In this document: positions 24,683 through 32,804 of the stretch, in pieces
Layout of the letters: the number at the start of each line of letters is the position of its first letter
Position numbering within the stretch: position 1 is the stretch's first letter
Notes under the pieces: model-generated
Database searches by the model: none
What the model was told of the DNA's origin: nothing
Seen by the model: the letters and a program-made list of their open reading frames with translations, nothing else
Assembly: GCA_002792915.1 (NCBI GenBank)
Contig: PFPF01000034.1
Coordinates: 1-41,447 of the forward strand
Direction of reading: 5' to 3'
Source: Candidatus Micrarchaeota archaeon CG_4_10_14_0_2_um_filter_60_11
GTDB lineage: Archaea; Micrarchaeota; Micrarchaeia; Norongarragalinales; Norongarragalinaceae
Length of the DNA: 41,447 bases
Translations under genes and position numbers: made by a program

Positions 24683-26034
24683 CCGAACAGGTACGCGTTC
24701 ACCGCTTCCGCGAAGTTTGGCGCGCCACCCAGTTTTTGCAGGTGGCTGCAGCGCTTTTCAGCCTCTTTTTGCAGCGCGCTCGCGTTCATGCCATAGTTCG
24801 CCTCCAGCCTTTCGAACAGCGCGTTCCCGCCGTAGCGCCTTGTTTTTGCCAGCGCGCCTTTTGCCGCGTCGTACGCGAACAGGGGCACGGCTTCGCCGTC
24901 CTGCACGAGGTCCAGCTCGGTCACGCGCCTTGACTCGCGCTGCCGCCTGGTTTTCGCGTCGTAAACGAGCACGCGCTGCTGCACGAGAAGCAGGTCGAGC
25001 GCCTTCAAGTCCGCTGGGCGCGCGCCCAGCGCCTCGAAACGGGCCAACGCCTCGCCGCCGCTTGCCGCGTGGAATGTCGCGTAAGAGCCGCGCGCCTGTC
25101 CCGCGAGAAGCGAGTCGAAGAGCGCGGCGGTTTCGCCTTCATCGCGGACTTCCCCGATTATCACGCGGTCCGGGCGCATGCGCAGCGTGTCTTTCACGAG
25201 CTCTTTCAGCGTTATGCCCAGCTCCGCGTTCGCGACGAGGCGCACGCAGTGCTTGTGGGGAATGCTGATTTCCGGCGTCTCCTCGGTTATGATGATGCGC
25301 TCGTTCAACGGGATGAATGAGAAAAGCGCGTTCAGCGTCGTGGTCTTTCCGGACCCCGTCGAGCCCGCGATTACGAGGGAAGTGTCGCCGTAAAGCGCGA
25401 GCCACAGGAACGCGGCAGCGTCAAGCGGCAGCGTGCCGTTCGCGGCCAAGTCGGGCACTGTGAACGGCTTCTCCTTGAATTTTCGCAGCGTCAACTCCGC
25501 GCCGTTCGTGGTGAGCGGGGCGATGGACGCGTGCAGGCGGCTGCCGTTCGGCAGCACGGCGTTGAGCCGCGGGTTCTGCGCGGTGAGACGCCTGCCGAGG
25601 GGGCGCGCCATCTTGTTCGCAGTGTTGACCGCAAAATCCTTGGCGGTAACGGCGCAGTTGGTTTCAAGCCAGCCGCGCGTGCGGTGGTAAACGCGGATCG
25701 GCTGCCCTACTCCCGTGAACGCGATTTCCTCCAAGTCGTCGTCCGCGAGCAGCGCGTCGAACGGGCCGAAGCCCACCGCGTTGGCCAGCGCGGCGCGCAG
25801 CACCCGCTCGGCGGATTCCCTGCCCAGCAGTATGTTGCGTTCGGCGCAGTGTTTTTTGAGGAGGCGCTTGAGCTCGGCTGCCGCGTCTTCTTTCGCCTCG
25901 TCGTAGGCGTCAACGAGCGCGCTCAACAGCGTTTGTTCGGCTTCGTTCAGCTCCAGCGCGGGCACTTCATAGTCTGCGCGGCCCGATGCGCGCCATCCGA
26001 GGGCGTCCAAGGTTTCACCACCTGAGTGTTTCAC
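24679..26034 (-). CDS. Type IV pilus / archaellum-type secretion ATPase (FlaI/PilB/VirB11/TadA family)
   Basis: 'LVIAGSTGSGKTTTLNALFSFIP' (Walker A), 'IITEETPEI', 'RMRPDRVIIGEVRDEGETAALFDSLLAGQARGSYATFHA'. Confidence 0.88.
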   Translation of the reverse strand: MKHSGGETLDALGWRASGRADYEVPALELNEAEQTLLSALVDAYDEAKEDAAAELKRLLKKHCAERNILLGRESAERVLRAALANAVGFGPFDALLADDDLEEIAFTGVGQPIRVYHRTRGWLETNCAVTAKDFAVNTANKMARPLGRRLTAQNPRLNAVLPNGSRLHASIAPLTTNGAELTLRKFKEKPFTVPDLAANGTLPLDAAAFLWLALYGDTSLVIAGSTGSGKTTTLNALFSFIPLNERIIITEETPEISIPHKHCVRLVANAELGITLKELVKDTLRMRPDRVIIGEVRDEGETAALFDSLLAGQARGSYATFHAASGGEALARFEALGARPADLKALDLLLVQQRVLVYDAKTRRQRESRRVTELDLVQDGEAVPLFAYDAAKGALAKTRRYGGNALFERLEANYGMNASALQKEAEKRCSHLQKLGGAPNFAEAVNAYLFG

Positions 26035-26338
26035 CCGCGCGGACGCCCCTCCTGTCCGCGGTTTCTATGAGGTAGCGGGCCGGCTTCCTCGGCTCAATCC
26101 ACCCCAGCCAGGGTTTCACGCGGCGCACTTCGATTACGCGCTTCCTCTCGTCCATCCAGACCGCCCAGAAAGGCGGGCAGAACAGCGAGTGAATCGCGTT
26201 CGGTCGCGTCGCCTCGCGGCCGAAGTCGAACAGCAGCGGCTTGAATTTCTTGCGGAGCATTATGCCCCGAAATTTTTGCCAGTGCGTTTCGGCTGCGGCG
26301 CAGTCGAACGCGACGCGCCTGCCTGCGTGAACCTTCAC
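26015..26338 (-). CDS. DUF192-like small protein at the head of the pilus-type operon
   Basis: 'FRGIMLRKKFKPLLFDF...FWAVWMDERKRVIEV...ARYLIE...VRAGETL' resembles DUF192 (recalled pattern). 20-nt overlap with the ATPase start. Confidence 0.45.
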   Translation of the reverse strand: MKVHAGRRVAFDCAAAETHWQKFRGIMLRKKFKPLLFDFGREATRPNAIHSLFCPPFWAVWMDERKRVIEVRRVKPWLGWIEPRKPARYLIETADRRGVRAGETLRW

Positions 26339-26384
26339 GAAACGTTTTCTTGGCGGGGGTATTAAAAGCAGTTAGAGGGACTAT

Positions 26385-27086
26385 GTGTATCGTATGCGCG
26401 CGCTTAATTCACTCGCAATAATCCCGGACGGGAACCGCCGCTACGCCAAAAAACAAGGGTTGAATCTCGCGGAAGCCTACGCCGCGGGTTTTTCCAAAGT
26501 CGGCGATGTGCTGGACTGGTCCGGCGACGCCGGCGTGCGCTCGGTGACCTTCTGGGCGCTCAGCCTGGACAATTACAACAAGCGCACGCAAGCCGAGCTG
26601 CGCGTGCTGTTTTCGCTCATGCGCAACAAGGCGGACGAAGTGCTTTCGAGCAGGCGGTTCAACGACGAGGGCTGCCGCGTGCGCTTCTTCGGCCGCCGCG
26701 ACCTGCTGCCCTCCGCGCTTGAAGAGCGCTTCGCGAAACTCGAGTGCGAAACGCAAAACAACCGGGAGCGCGAGCTGGGCATCGCAATCGCGTACAGCGG
26801 CCGCGACGAGCTGCTGCAGGCGTCCAAGAGGCTGTGCGAGGACTATGCAGCGGGCAGGCTGAAGAACGTGGACGAGCGCGCCATCGAGGAACGGCTGTAT
26901 TCAACGGCCGCGCCAGACCTGGTCATCCGCACGGGCGACGCGCCCCGCTTGAGCGGGTTCCTGCCGTGGCAGGCGGCGTATTCCGAGCTGTACTTCTCGA
27001 AAGTGCTGTGGCCCGAGTTCGACGAGAAGGAATTCAAGCGCGCCGTGGACTTTTACTCGCGGGCCGAAACCCGCCTCGGCGGCTGA
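26385..27086 (+). CDS. uppS: cis-prenyltransferase (undecaprenyl/dolichyl diphosphate synthase family)
   Basis: 'AIIPDGNRRYAKKQGL', 'VTFWALSLDNYNKR', 'IAIAYSGRDE', 'DLVIRTGDAPRLSGFLPWQAAYSELYF'. The ATG at 26394 is an alternative start. Confidence 0.9.
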   Translation: MYRMRALNSLAIIPDGNRRYAKKQGLNLAEAYAAGFSKVGDVLDWSGDAGVRSVTFWALSLDNYNKRTQAELRVLFSLMRNKADEVLSSRRFNDEGCRVRFFGRRDLLPSALEERFAKLECETQNNRERELGIAIAYSGRDELLQASKRLCEDYAAGRLKNVDERAIEERLYSTAAPDLVIRTGDAPRLSGFLPWQAAYSELYFSKVLWPEFDEKEFKRAVDFYSRAETRLGG

Positions 27087-27728
27087 TTATTTAAGCGCCT
27101 TCAATAATTCTGCACGCCGTTTCGCGCCGGTTTCCGCGTCCATCGCGAAGAGAAGCAAGTCGAAGATTCCGGTTTCCAGCCCGGTTTTTGCCGCGGCTTG
27201 CCCAATAACTTTTTCCAAACGCTCGTACTCTTTTTTTGTAAGCGTTTTGGCGGGTTTTGCCAACCCATATTTTTTGATGACGCTTTTCACGTGCCGGTCT
27301 ATGATTGCAACATCGAAGAATCCAATGTTACGCAAAAAGTGTGAGGCTTCCTTTTGGCCCAAACCTTCGATATTTTTTACGAGCCACTCGCGCTTTTGCC
27401 CGGTGCCCCTGATTTTCAGCAGGGCGCGGCCGTCGAACTTGACGCGCGCGAGCGCGACGTAGCGCGCCTTGTTGTTGTGGAAGCGCGTTTTGCCCTTCAG
27501 CGCCGCGGCCATCCCCTTTTTGTTTCCCTTTTGGAGTAGCCCCTTGTTTTTGAGCTGGCAGACCGCGTGCTTGCACTTGAGCATGCTTGATTGGGGCGTG
27601 AGCAGGCAGAAAACGAGTTCGTCGAACATCCGCTTGCGGTTGTTCTTGAATTCCCGCCTCTTGGCGTCGAGCGTCTTGCGGTTTTCGGCCGCGAGCTTTC
27701 TGGCTTCTTGATAAAAATTCCGGCTCAA
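27087..27728 (-). CDS. ogg: 8-oxoguanine DNA glycosylase/lyase, archaeal Ogg2-type (HhH-GPD)
   Basis: 'MFDELVFCLLTPQSS', 'RFHNNKARYV', 'LVKNIEGLGQKEASHFLRNIGFFDVAIIDRHV'. The TTG start at 27728 overlaps the upstream stop (TTGA); the GTG at 27740 is an alternative. The track's long N-terminal extension is rejected. Confidence 0.8.
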   Translation of the reverse strand: MSRNFYQEARKLAAENRKTLDAKRREFKNNRKRMFDELVFCLLTPQSSMLKCKHAVCQLKNKGLLQKGNKKGMAAALKGKTRFHNNKARYVALARVKFDGRALLKIRGTGQKREWLVKNIEGLGQKEASHFLRNIGFFDVAIIDRHVKSVIKKYGLAKPAKTLTKKEYERLEKVIGQAAAKTGLETGIFDLLLFAMDAETGAKRRAELLKALK

Positions 27729-28171
27729 ATCTTGTCCCACACCGTCCTTTTTTGCGACTTCCTTTTCTCCTCGACCGCCGCGAGCGCGTCCGACAGGACT
27801 TCGCCGCGCAATTCCTCGTCCGGCAGGTGGAACAGGAGTTCGCAGGCGATGCGCAGCGCCTTCGTGACGCTCTTGCCGTTCTCCGTGTTGAAGAGCGTCT
27901 CGAAGCCCTTGTTCGTGAAGTGGAAGCTGTACGTCTTTTCCTCTCCGTCGCCGGCGTTCACGCTCAGGTTTACGACCTTCTCGTGACCCGACTCCTTCTC
28001 GTAGAGGAAGATTTCGCCGTGCTCGACGCCGTGGTAGGCGCCGCCCTCCTGAAAAACGCGGTGGCCCAGGTCCAGGTTCCACCAAGTGAGCTTGTCGTCG
28101 CCCGCGGCCACCCAGATGGACGGCTCGAATTCGACGTTGAGGAAAGGGGTTTTCGGCTTGTCATTGTACAC
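27725..28171 (-). CDS. Hypothetical protein (148 aa) translationally coupled to ogg
   Basis: Balanced, protein-like composition with no recognisable motif. 4-nt overlap with ogg. Confidence 0.5.
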   Translation of the reverse strand: MYNDKPKTPFLNVEFEPSIWVAAGDDKLTWWNLDLGHRVFQEGGAYHGVEHGEIFLYEKESGHEKVVNLSVNAGDGEEKTYSFHFTNKGFETLFNTENGKSVTKALRIACELLFHLPDEELRGEVLSDALAAVEEKRKSQKRTVWDKI

Positions 28172-28225
28172 TTTTAGAAAGTCACCGCTTGGCGCAGGTA
28201 ATTCAACACTTCGCTCGGCTGGTTT

Positions 28226-29302
28226 TTATTGCTTGTGCCGCGCGCCCAGCACATAGTCCATGTCGCCGAAGCGCGACAGCAGCCATTCCCCGCCCAGCAC
28301 TTTTGCGGATGCAAGCAGCAGCCCGACGCGCCGCTCGCCCATCGAATCGTAAAGCCCGCGCAAACGCGCGTGCCATTTCAGCGCCGAAGCCTCGCGCCGC
28401 CATTCGCGCTCGTAAGCGGAGGGTTCGCCCCGCGCGACGCATTCCGCCAAAACGCGGCCGCACTTCGCGCCGAACACTATGCCGCCGCCCGTGGTCGCCT
28501 TAACCTGCCCCGCGGCGTCGCCCACGAGCAGCGTGTTGCCCTTGACGGTTTGCGCCCGCGCCCGCAGGGGAATCAGCGCGTTGAACTCGGTTTTTTTCTC
28601 CGCGTTCGCCAGCGTTCTCCTGACTGCCGCGTTTCCGAGAAGGCTTTTCTTCGCCTCGCTTAGCGAAGGGTGGTCCGTAGTCGCCAAGCCCACGCGCACG
28701 CGGTTGCGCGAAACGGGCACAATCCACCCGAAGAAGCCCCTGATTTTTTTCGGTTCCAGGAAAACGTCAACGAAAGCCGCGTCCTCGACTCTTGCGGAGG
28801 AATACTCCGCCTGCCAGGCGAGGGCATAAGCCGCAGCGGGGATTTTCGGAAAACCCGAGGCGCGCGCGGTGAACGAGTTCGCCCCGTCCGCGCCGACGAC
28901 GTAGCGGGCCGCGAAGGTGCGCTTGCCGCAAACGATTGCATCTTTTCTGAAGCTCGTGGCGCGGCTGTTGAAAAAGAATTCCGTCCCGCTTGCCTCGCGC
29001 CTGCACTCCTCGTCGAACGCCTGCCTGTCAAGCACCAACGCAACAGTCTTCTTCGCGTCAACGGTCAAACGGGTGGAGCCGGAACGGATGTTGCATCCCC
29101 TTATTTCGTTGAGCACGGCGCCTTCGTAATCCGCGCCCGTTTCCTGAAGGCCGCGTTTCGAGACGATTCCAGTGCATCTTCCGAACTTGCCCGGCTTCGA
29201 GTGTTCTTCGAGCACCGCCGTGCGAAGCCCGCGTTCCGCCAAATTCCGGGCGGTAATGCACCCTATCGCGCCCCCGCCAACGATTGCGGCGTCGAAACCC
29301 AT
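28226..29302 (-). CDS. Geranylgeranyl reductase family FAD-dependent oxidoreductase
   Basis: 'FDAAIVGGGAIGCITARNLAERGLRTAVLEE' (Rossmann GxGxxG). 'LVGDAAGQVKATTGGGI' typical of GGR / digeranylgeranylglycerophospholipid reductases. Confidence 0.8.
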   Translation of the reverse strand: MGFDAAIVGGGAIGCITARNLAERGLRTAVLEEHSKPGKFGRCTGIVSKRGLQETGADYEGAVLNEIRGCNIRSGSTRLTVDAKKTVALVLDRQAFDEECRREASGTEFFFNSRATSFRKDAIVCGKRTFAARYVVGADGANSFTARASGFPKIPAAAYALAWQAEYSSARVEDAAFVDVFLEPKKIRGFFGWIVPVSRNRVRVGLATTDHPSLSEAKKSLLGNAAVRRTLANAEKKTEFNALIPLRARAQTVKGNTLLVGDAAGQVKATTGGGIVFGAKCGRVLAECVARGEPSAYEREWRREASALKWHARLRGLYDSMGERRVGLLLASAKVLGGEWLLSRFGDMDYVLGARHKQ

Positions 29303-29337
29303 AACGCTTTTTAACGCGGCTGGGCTTTAAACCGTTC

Positions 29338-29592
29338 ATGCTACAGGAAGCCGCCGGCGGCCTGCTGTTCCTCGCCGCGGGCTATTGCGCGTCGCTCGCC
29401 TTCTTCCGCAAGGGCGACCTGGTCGCGCGCGTTGCCCTTTCAATCGCTGCCGCGCTCACGGTTCCCGCTTTTTTGCTCGTAGCGCTGAACTACCTGGGGC
29501 TAAAGCTGGATGTCGTGACGGTCTACGCCGTGCTGCTCGCCTTCTGCGCGGCTTGCGTGCTTTACTCAAAATCTGCTGAGCCTAAGCGCTAG
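29338..29592 (+). CDS. Small hypothetical membrane protein (84 aa, 3 predicted TM)
   Basis: Hydrophobic helices only. Its 3' end overlaps the convergent GT2 gene by 27 nt. Confidence 0.3.
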   Translation: MLQEAAGGLLFLAAGYCASLAFFRKGDLVARVALSIAAALTVPAFLLVALNYLGLKLDVVTVYAVLLAFCAACVLYSKSAEPKR

Positions 29593-30264
29593 CAAGTCCC
29601 TGAACATGCGCGTTGCCGTGCCAAGCACGCCCAGCGCGCCGCCGGAAGCCGCGGGGCCGCCTTCGACTTGCCTCCACCTGATTGGCACTTGCGCGACCCT
29701 GAGGCCGGCGTTCTTGCAGGCGTAAAGGAAGTCAACGTCCCAGACGAACCCCTTCTCGGTGACTCCGGCCAAGATTGGCGCAATCGACGCGCGTTTTGCG
29801 GCCTTGAACCCGCATTGCGTGTCCTCGAAAGGCAGGCAAAACAGGAAGCGCACGAGCAGGTTGAATCCCGTTCCAATGAGGCGCCGCAGCGCGGACATCT
29901 CCGCCTTCGCGCCCCGGCAATAGCGGCAGCCGATTGCAACGTCCGAACCCCCGAGCGCGGCGAGAAGCTTGGGAATCTCGGAAGCGGGCGCAGCCGCATC
30001 CGCATCGTAAAGCAGCACTACGCGCCCGCGCGCCTTCCGCAGGCCCTCCATTACCGCCCCGCCTTTTCCCAGCCGCCTGGGGTAATGAAGCACGCGCGTT
30101 TTCGCGAATTTTCTTGCGATTGCCGCGGTCGCGTCCGTGCCGTCGTCCACCACCAGGATTTCCCAGGAGCCGCGCCGTTTCTTGAGGAACGGCTCCAGCC
30201 GGCGAAGCGTGCCGCCGATGCGCGCCGACTCGTTGTGCGTCGGGATTATCACCGAGATTTCCAT
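29566..30264 (-). CDS. Family 2 glycosyltransferase (dolichyl-phosphate hexose synthase-like)
   Basis: 'ISVIIPTHNESARIGGTL...ILVVDDGTDATA...VVLLYDADAA...DTQCGFKA'. Confidence 0.85.
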   Translation of the reverse strand: MEISVIIPTHNESARIGGTLRRLEPFLKKRRGSWEILVVDDGTDATAAIARKFAKTRVLHYPRRLGKGGAVMEGLRKARGRVVLLYDADAAAPASEIPKLLAALGGSDVAIGCRYCRGAKAEMSALRRLIGTGFNLLVRFLFCLPFEDTQCGFKAAKRASIAPILAGVTEKGFVWDVDFLYACKNAGLRVAQVPIRWRQVEGGPAASGGALGVLGTATRMFRDLLALRLSRF

Positions 30265-30869
30265 GCGAACGTCCCCTTGAGTTTATCGAGCGTCTTGTTC
30301 CAATAGCCCTCGTTTTCAAGCATCGCCAGGATTTTTTCCGGGTGCGGCGCGTAGCCCCATTCTCTGACCGTAAAAATTCCCAGGTCCGCAAGGTAAGTTT
30401 TTGCGCCGTCCGACCCGAAGTTCGCCGCCAGGTGTGCCTGCAGCCCTATGCTGTAGTCTGCGTTCAGGCCGGGTAGCCCGTGCTTTTTCTGCAGTTCGCG
30501 CACGAGTTCGGTTATTTCGCGGGCGCGCGCCTCGTCCGCTTCTTCTTCAAGCTTTGGCATCGCCGCGAATACCGCGCAGCTCCCCTCCTTCCTGTAAACC
30601 CCGAAAATAGTGTCGGGGTGGAAGAGCCCCTTTTTTTTCAGGAATTCGTAAAACTGGGCGGCGAGCACGGCGCGTTCCAGCGACTTTTCTCCGGGAAAGC
30701 TCAGCTCGCGGTAGTGCTTGGTGTCGAACCCGGCCTTGATGTAGGCGTCCCTGCTCCAGTAAATGCCGGGATAGCCCTCGCTGAAACTTGACAGCCGCGA
30801 CTTTTCGAACGGTTCCCCTTCCACGAATGGCTTTACGCCGCCGCTTTTATTGCCTTTTCGGGGCGGCAC
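30249..30869 (-). CDS. Hypothetical protein (206 aa) co-transcribed with GT2
   Basis: 16-nt overlap with the GT2 start. No confident motif ('HLAANFGSDGAKTYLADLG' is vaguely kinase-like). Confidence 0.45.
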   Translation of the reverse strand: MPPRKGNKSGGVKPFVEGEPFEKSRLSSFSEGYPGIYWSRDAYIKAGFDTKHYRELSFPGEKSLERAVLAAQFYEFLKKKGLFHPDTIFGVYRKEGSCAVFAAMPKLEEEADEARAREITELVRELQKKHGLPGLNADYSIGLQAHLAANFGSDGAKTYLADLGIFTVREWGYAPHPEKILAMLENEGYWNKTLDKLKGTFAWKSR

Positions 30870-30921
30870 GCGGCAGGCTTTTATATCTTTTCATACTTTA
30901 TCATACCGTAGTTACGGTGGT

Positions 30922-31662
30922 ATGATTTTGTCCTTGGAGAGGGTAACCGTCACGCTGGACAGGGCGCTGCTCGCGCGAGCGGACGCCTGCGTCGACGGAA
31001 TCCGCTTCAAGAGCAGGTCGCACGCGGTTGCCGGGCTGCTGCGCAAGGCGCTCTCGGGCGAGGGCGTCTCGAAGGCACTCGTGCTTGCGGGCGGCAGGCC
31101 GAACCCGACCGTGCTTGAGGCGACGCTGACGCGCCTGAAGGCGTTCGGCGTGGGCGAGGCGGTAATCGCGCTTTCGAAAGGCGGCGAAGCCGTGGTGGCG
31201 CGGTTCAAGGACGGCGCAGGGTCCGGCTTGAAATTGGTTTACTCGTGGGACGAGGGGCGCGGCAGCGCGCTCGCGTTGCTAAAGGCTAGGCAGCTTCTGG
31301 GCGAACAGCCGTTCCTGTTGAGTTACGCGGACGTGCTTTACCCCGCGCTGGATTTGGCGGACTTGGAGCGCTTTCACGCGCTGAACGGCGGCGCGTGCAC
31401 GCTCGCTCTCGCCGGAGTTGGCGACCCGCGCAACTACGGCGTTGCGAAGCTGGAGGGCAGCCGCGTGGTCGAGTTCGCGGAAAAGCCGCGCAAGGCGGCC
31501 AGCTATCTGGTGAACGCGGGCGTGGCGGTGTGCGACCCGCGCGTCTTCTCGTTCCTGAACGAGCGGATGGCGAGCATCGAGATGGATTTGCTGCCCCTGC
31601 TGGCGCGCAAGGGCGAGCTTTACGGTTACCCCTATTCGGGAGAGTGGAAGCATACCGGCTAA
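30922..31662 (+). CDS. Ribbon-helix-helix (CopG-like) domain fused to a sugar-phosphate nucleotidyltransferase domain
   Basis: N-terminus 'LERVTVTLDRALLARADACVDGIRFKSRSHAVAGLLRKAL' (RHH pattern). Then 'ALVLAGG...' and 'VNAGVAVCDPRVFSFL' (NTP_transferase). Start at the ATG at 30922. Confidence 0.6.
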   Translation: MILSLERVTVTLDRALLARADACVDGIRFKSRSHAVAGLLRKALSGEGVSKALVLAGGRPNPTVLEATLTRLKAFGVGEAVIALSKGGEAVVARFKDGAGSGLKLVYSWDEGRGSALALLKARQLLGEQPFLLSYADVLYPALDLADLERFHALNGGACTLALAGVGDPRNYGVAKLEGSRVVEFAEKPRKAASYLVNAGVAVCDPRVFSFLNERMASIEMDLLPLLARKGELYGYPYSGEWKHTG

Positions 31663-31676
31663 ACGAGGTGTCAACC

Positions 31677-32804
31677 ATGGAAGCAATGCCTGGAGCCAAA
31701 GCGTTCAACGCGTTGAGGGATTCGGACGGTATCATACTCGCGGTCAATCCGCGCGTTTGCACGGGCGTCTTGGACGGGGTGTTCCGCGCCGCCAAGGCGA
31801 ACGACGCGGTCGTGATATTCGAATTGGCGCGCACCGAGTGCAGCCTCGACGGAGGCTACACGGGGTTGACGCCCGCCGGTTTCGCGGCGATAGTGAAGCA
31901 TGCCGCGGAAAAGGTCGGCTTCAGGGAGTGGGTGCTGCACGCGGACCACCTGACGGTCAAGAGCAAGTCCCGCATCGAGATGAACGATTTGAAGGCGCTG
32001 GTGGACGCGCAAATAGACGCGGGCTACACCTCGTTCGCGGTCGACGCGTCATTCCTTTACGCGGGCAACGCGCTTGACACGCGCGAGGCGCTGGAGGACA
32101 ACGCGGCTGCGACCGTGGAAATTTTCGAGCACGTTTCCGAGAACGCGCCCCGCGGCTTCGGCCTTGAAGTGGAAGTGGGTGAAATCGGGAAGAAGAACGG
32201 GCAGGGTCTTGTGCTTACTTCGCCGGAGGAGGCGGTCACGTTTTTGGAAATGCTCGGCGAGCGCGGCGTGCGGCCGCACCTGCTCGCGATTGCGAACGGC
32301 TCGAGTCACGGCACGCCTTACGCGCACGGCAAGCCCGTCGAACAGCTGTCGATTGACATCCCGCTGACCCGGCGCGTGGCGCAGGCGATTCGCGGCGCGG
32401 GCTTTCCCACGCGCCTCGCACAGCACGGAATCACTGGCACGCCCCTGTCGTTCATCGAGGAACAGTTCCCGCGCGGCGACATTTTGAAGGGCAACGTGGG
32501 CACAGCGTTCATGAACCTGGTCTGGGAGTCGCTGGCCGAAAAGGAGCCCGCGCTTTACAAGCGCGTTTACGACTGGACGCTCTCGACTTACGGAAAGGAA
32601 GCGAGGGACAAGGGCGCGGAAAGCGACGCCGAAGTGTTCGGAAAATACTCGAAGCACGCCATCAGGCAGTTCAAGCCTGACGTTGAAGCGCTAAAGCCCG
32701 CGAGCGTTGCGGACATCGAGGCCCGCGCCTTCGCCGTGGCGGACGCGCATTTCAAGGCGTTCCATTCGCAGGGTTCGGCGGAAAAGGCGAGGGTGTTCAA
32801 ATGA
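31677..32804 (+). CDS. Class II aldolase of the tagatose-bisphosphate (GatZ/KbaZ) family
   Basis: 'VIFELARTECSLDGGYTGLTPAGFAAIV', 'LHADHL', 'AGYTSFAVDAS', 'IANGSSHGT'. 'GAGGTG' RBS 7 nt upstream of the ATG at 31677. Confidence 0.6.
   Translation: MEAMPGAKAFNALRDSDGIILAVNPRVCTGVLDGVFRAAKANDAVVIFELARTECSLDGGYTGLTPAGFAAIVKHAAEKVGFREWVLHADHLTVKSKSRIEMNDLKALVDAQIDAGYTSFAVDASFLYAGNALDTREALEDNAAATVEIFEHVSENAPRGFGLEVEVGEIGKKNGQGLVLTSPEEAVTFLEMLGERGVRPHLLAIANGSSHGTPYAHGKPVEQLSIDIPLTRRVAQAIRGAGFPTRLAQHGITGTPLSFIEEQFPRGDILKGNVGTAFMNLVWESLAEKEPALYKRVYDWTLSTYGKEARDKGAESDAEVFGKYSKHAIRQFKPDVEALKPASVADIEARAFAVADAHFKAFHSQGSAEKARVFK

Noticed and set aside
23955-25268. 437-aa + strand ORF across the pilus platform and ATPase genes
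   Set aside because: It is antisense to two well-supported genes. It is extremely Arg/Ser/Ala/Pro-rich and low in complexity. This is a GC artefact.
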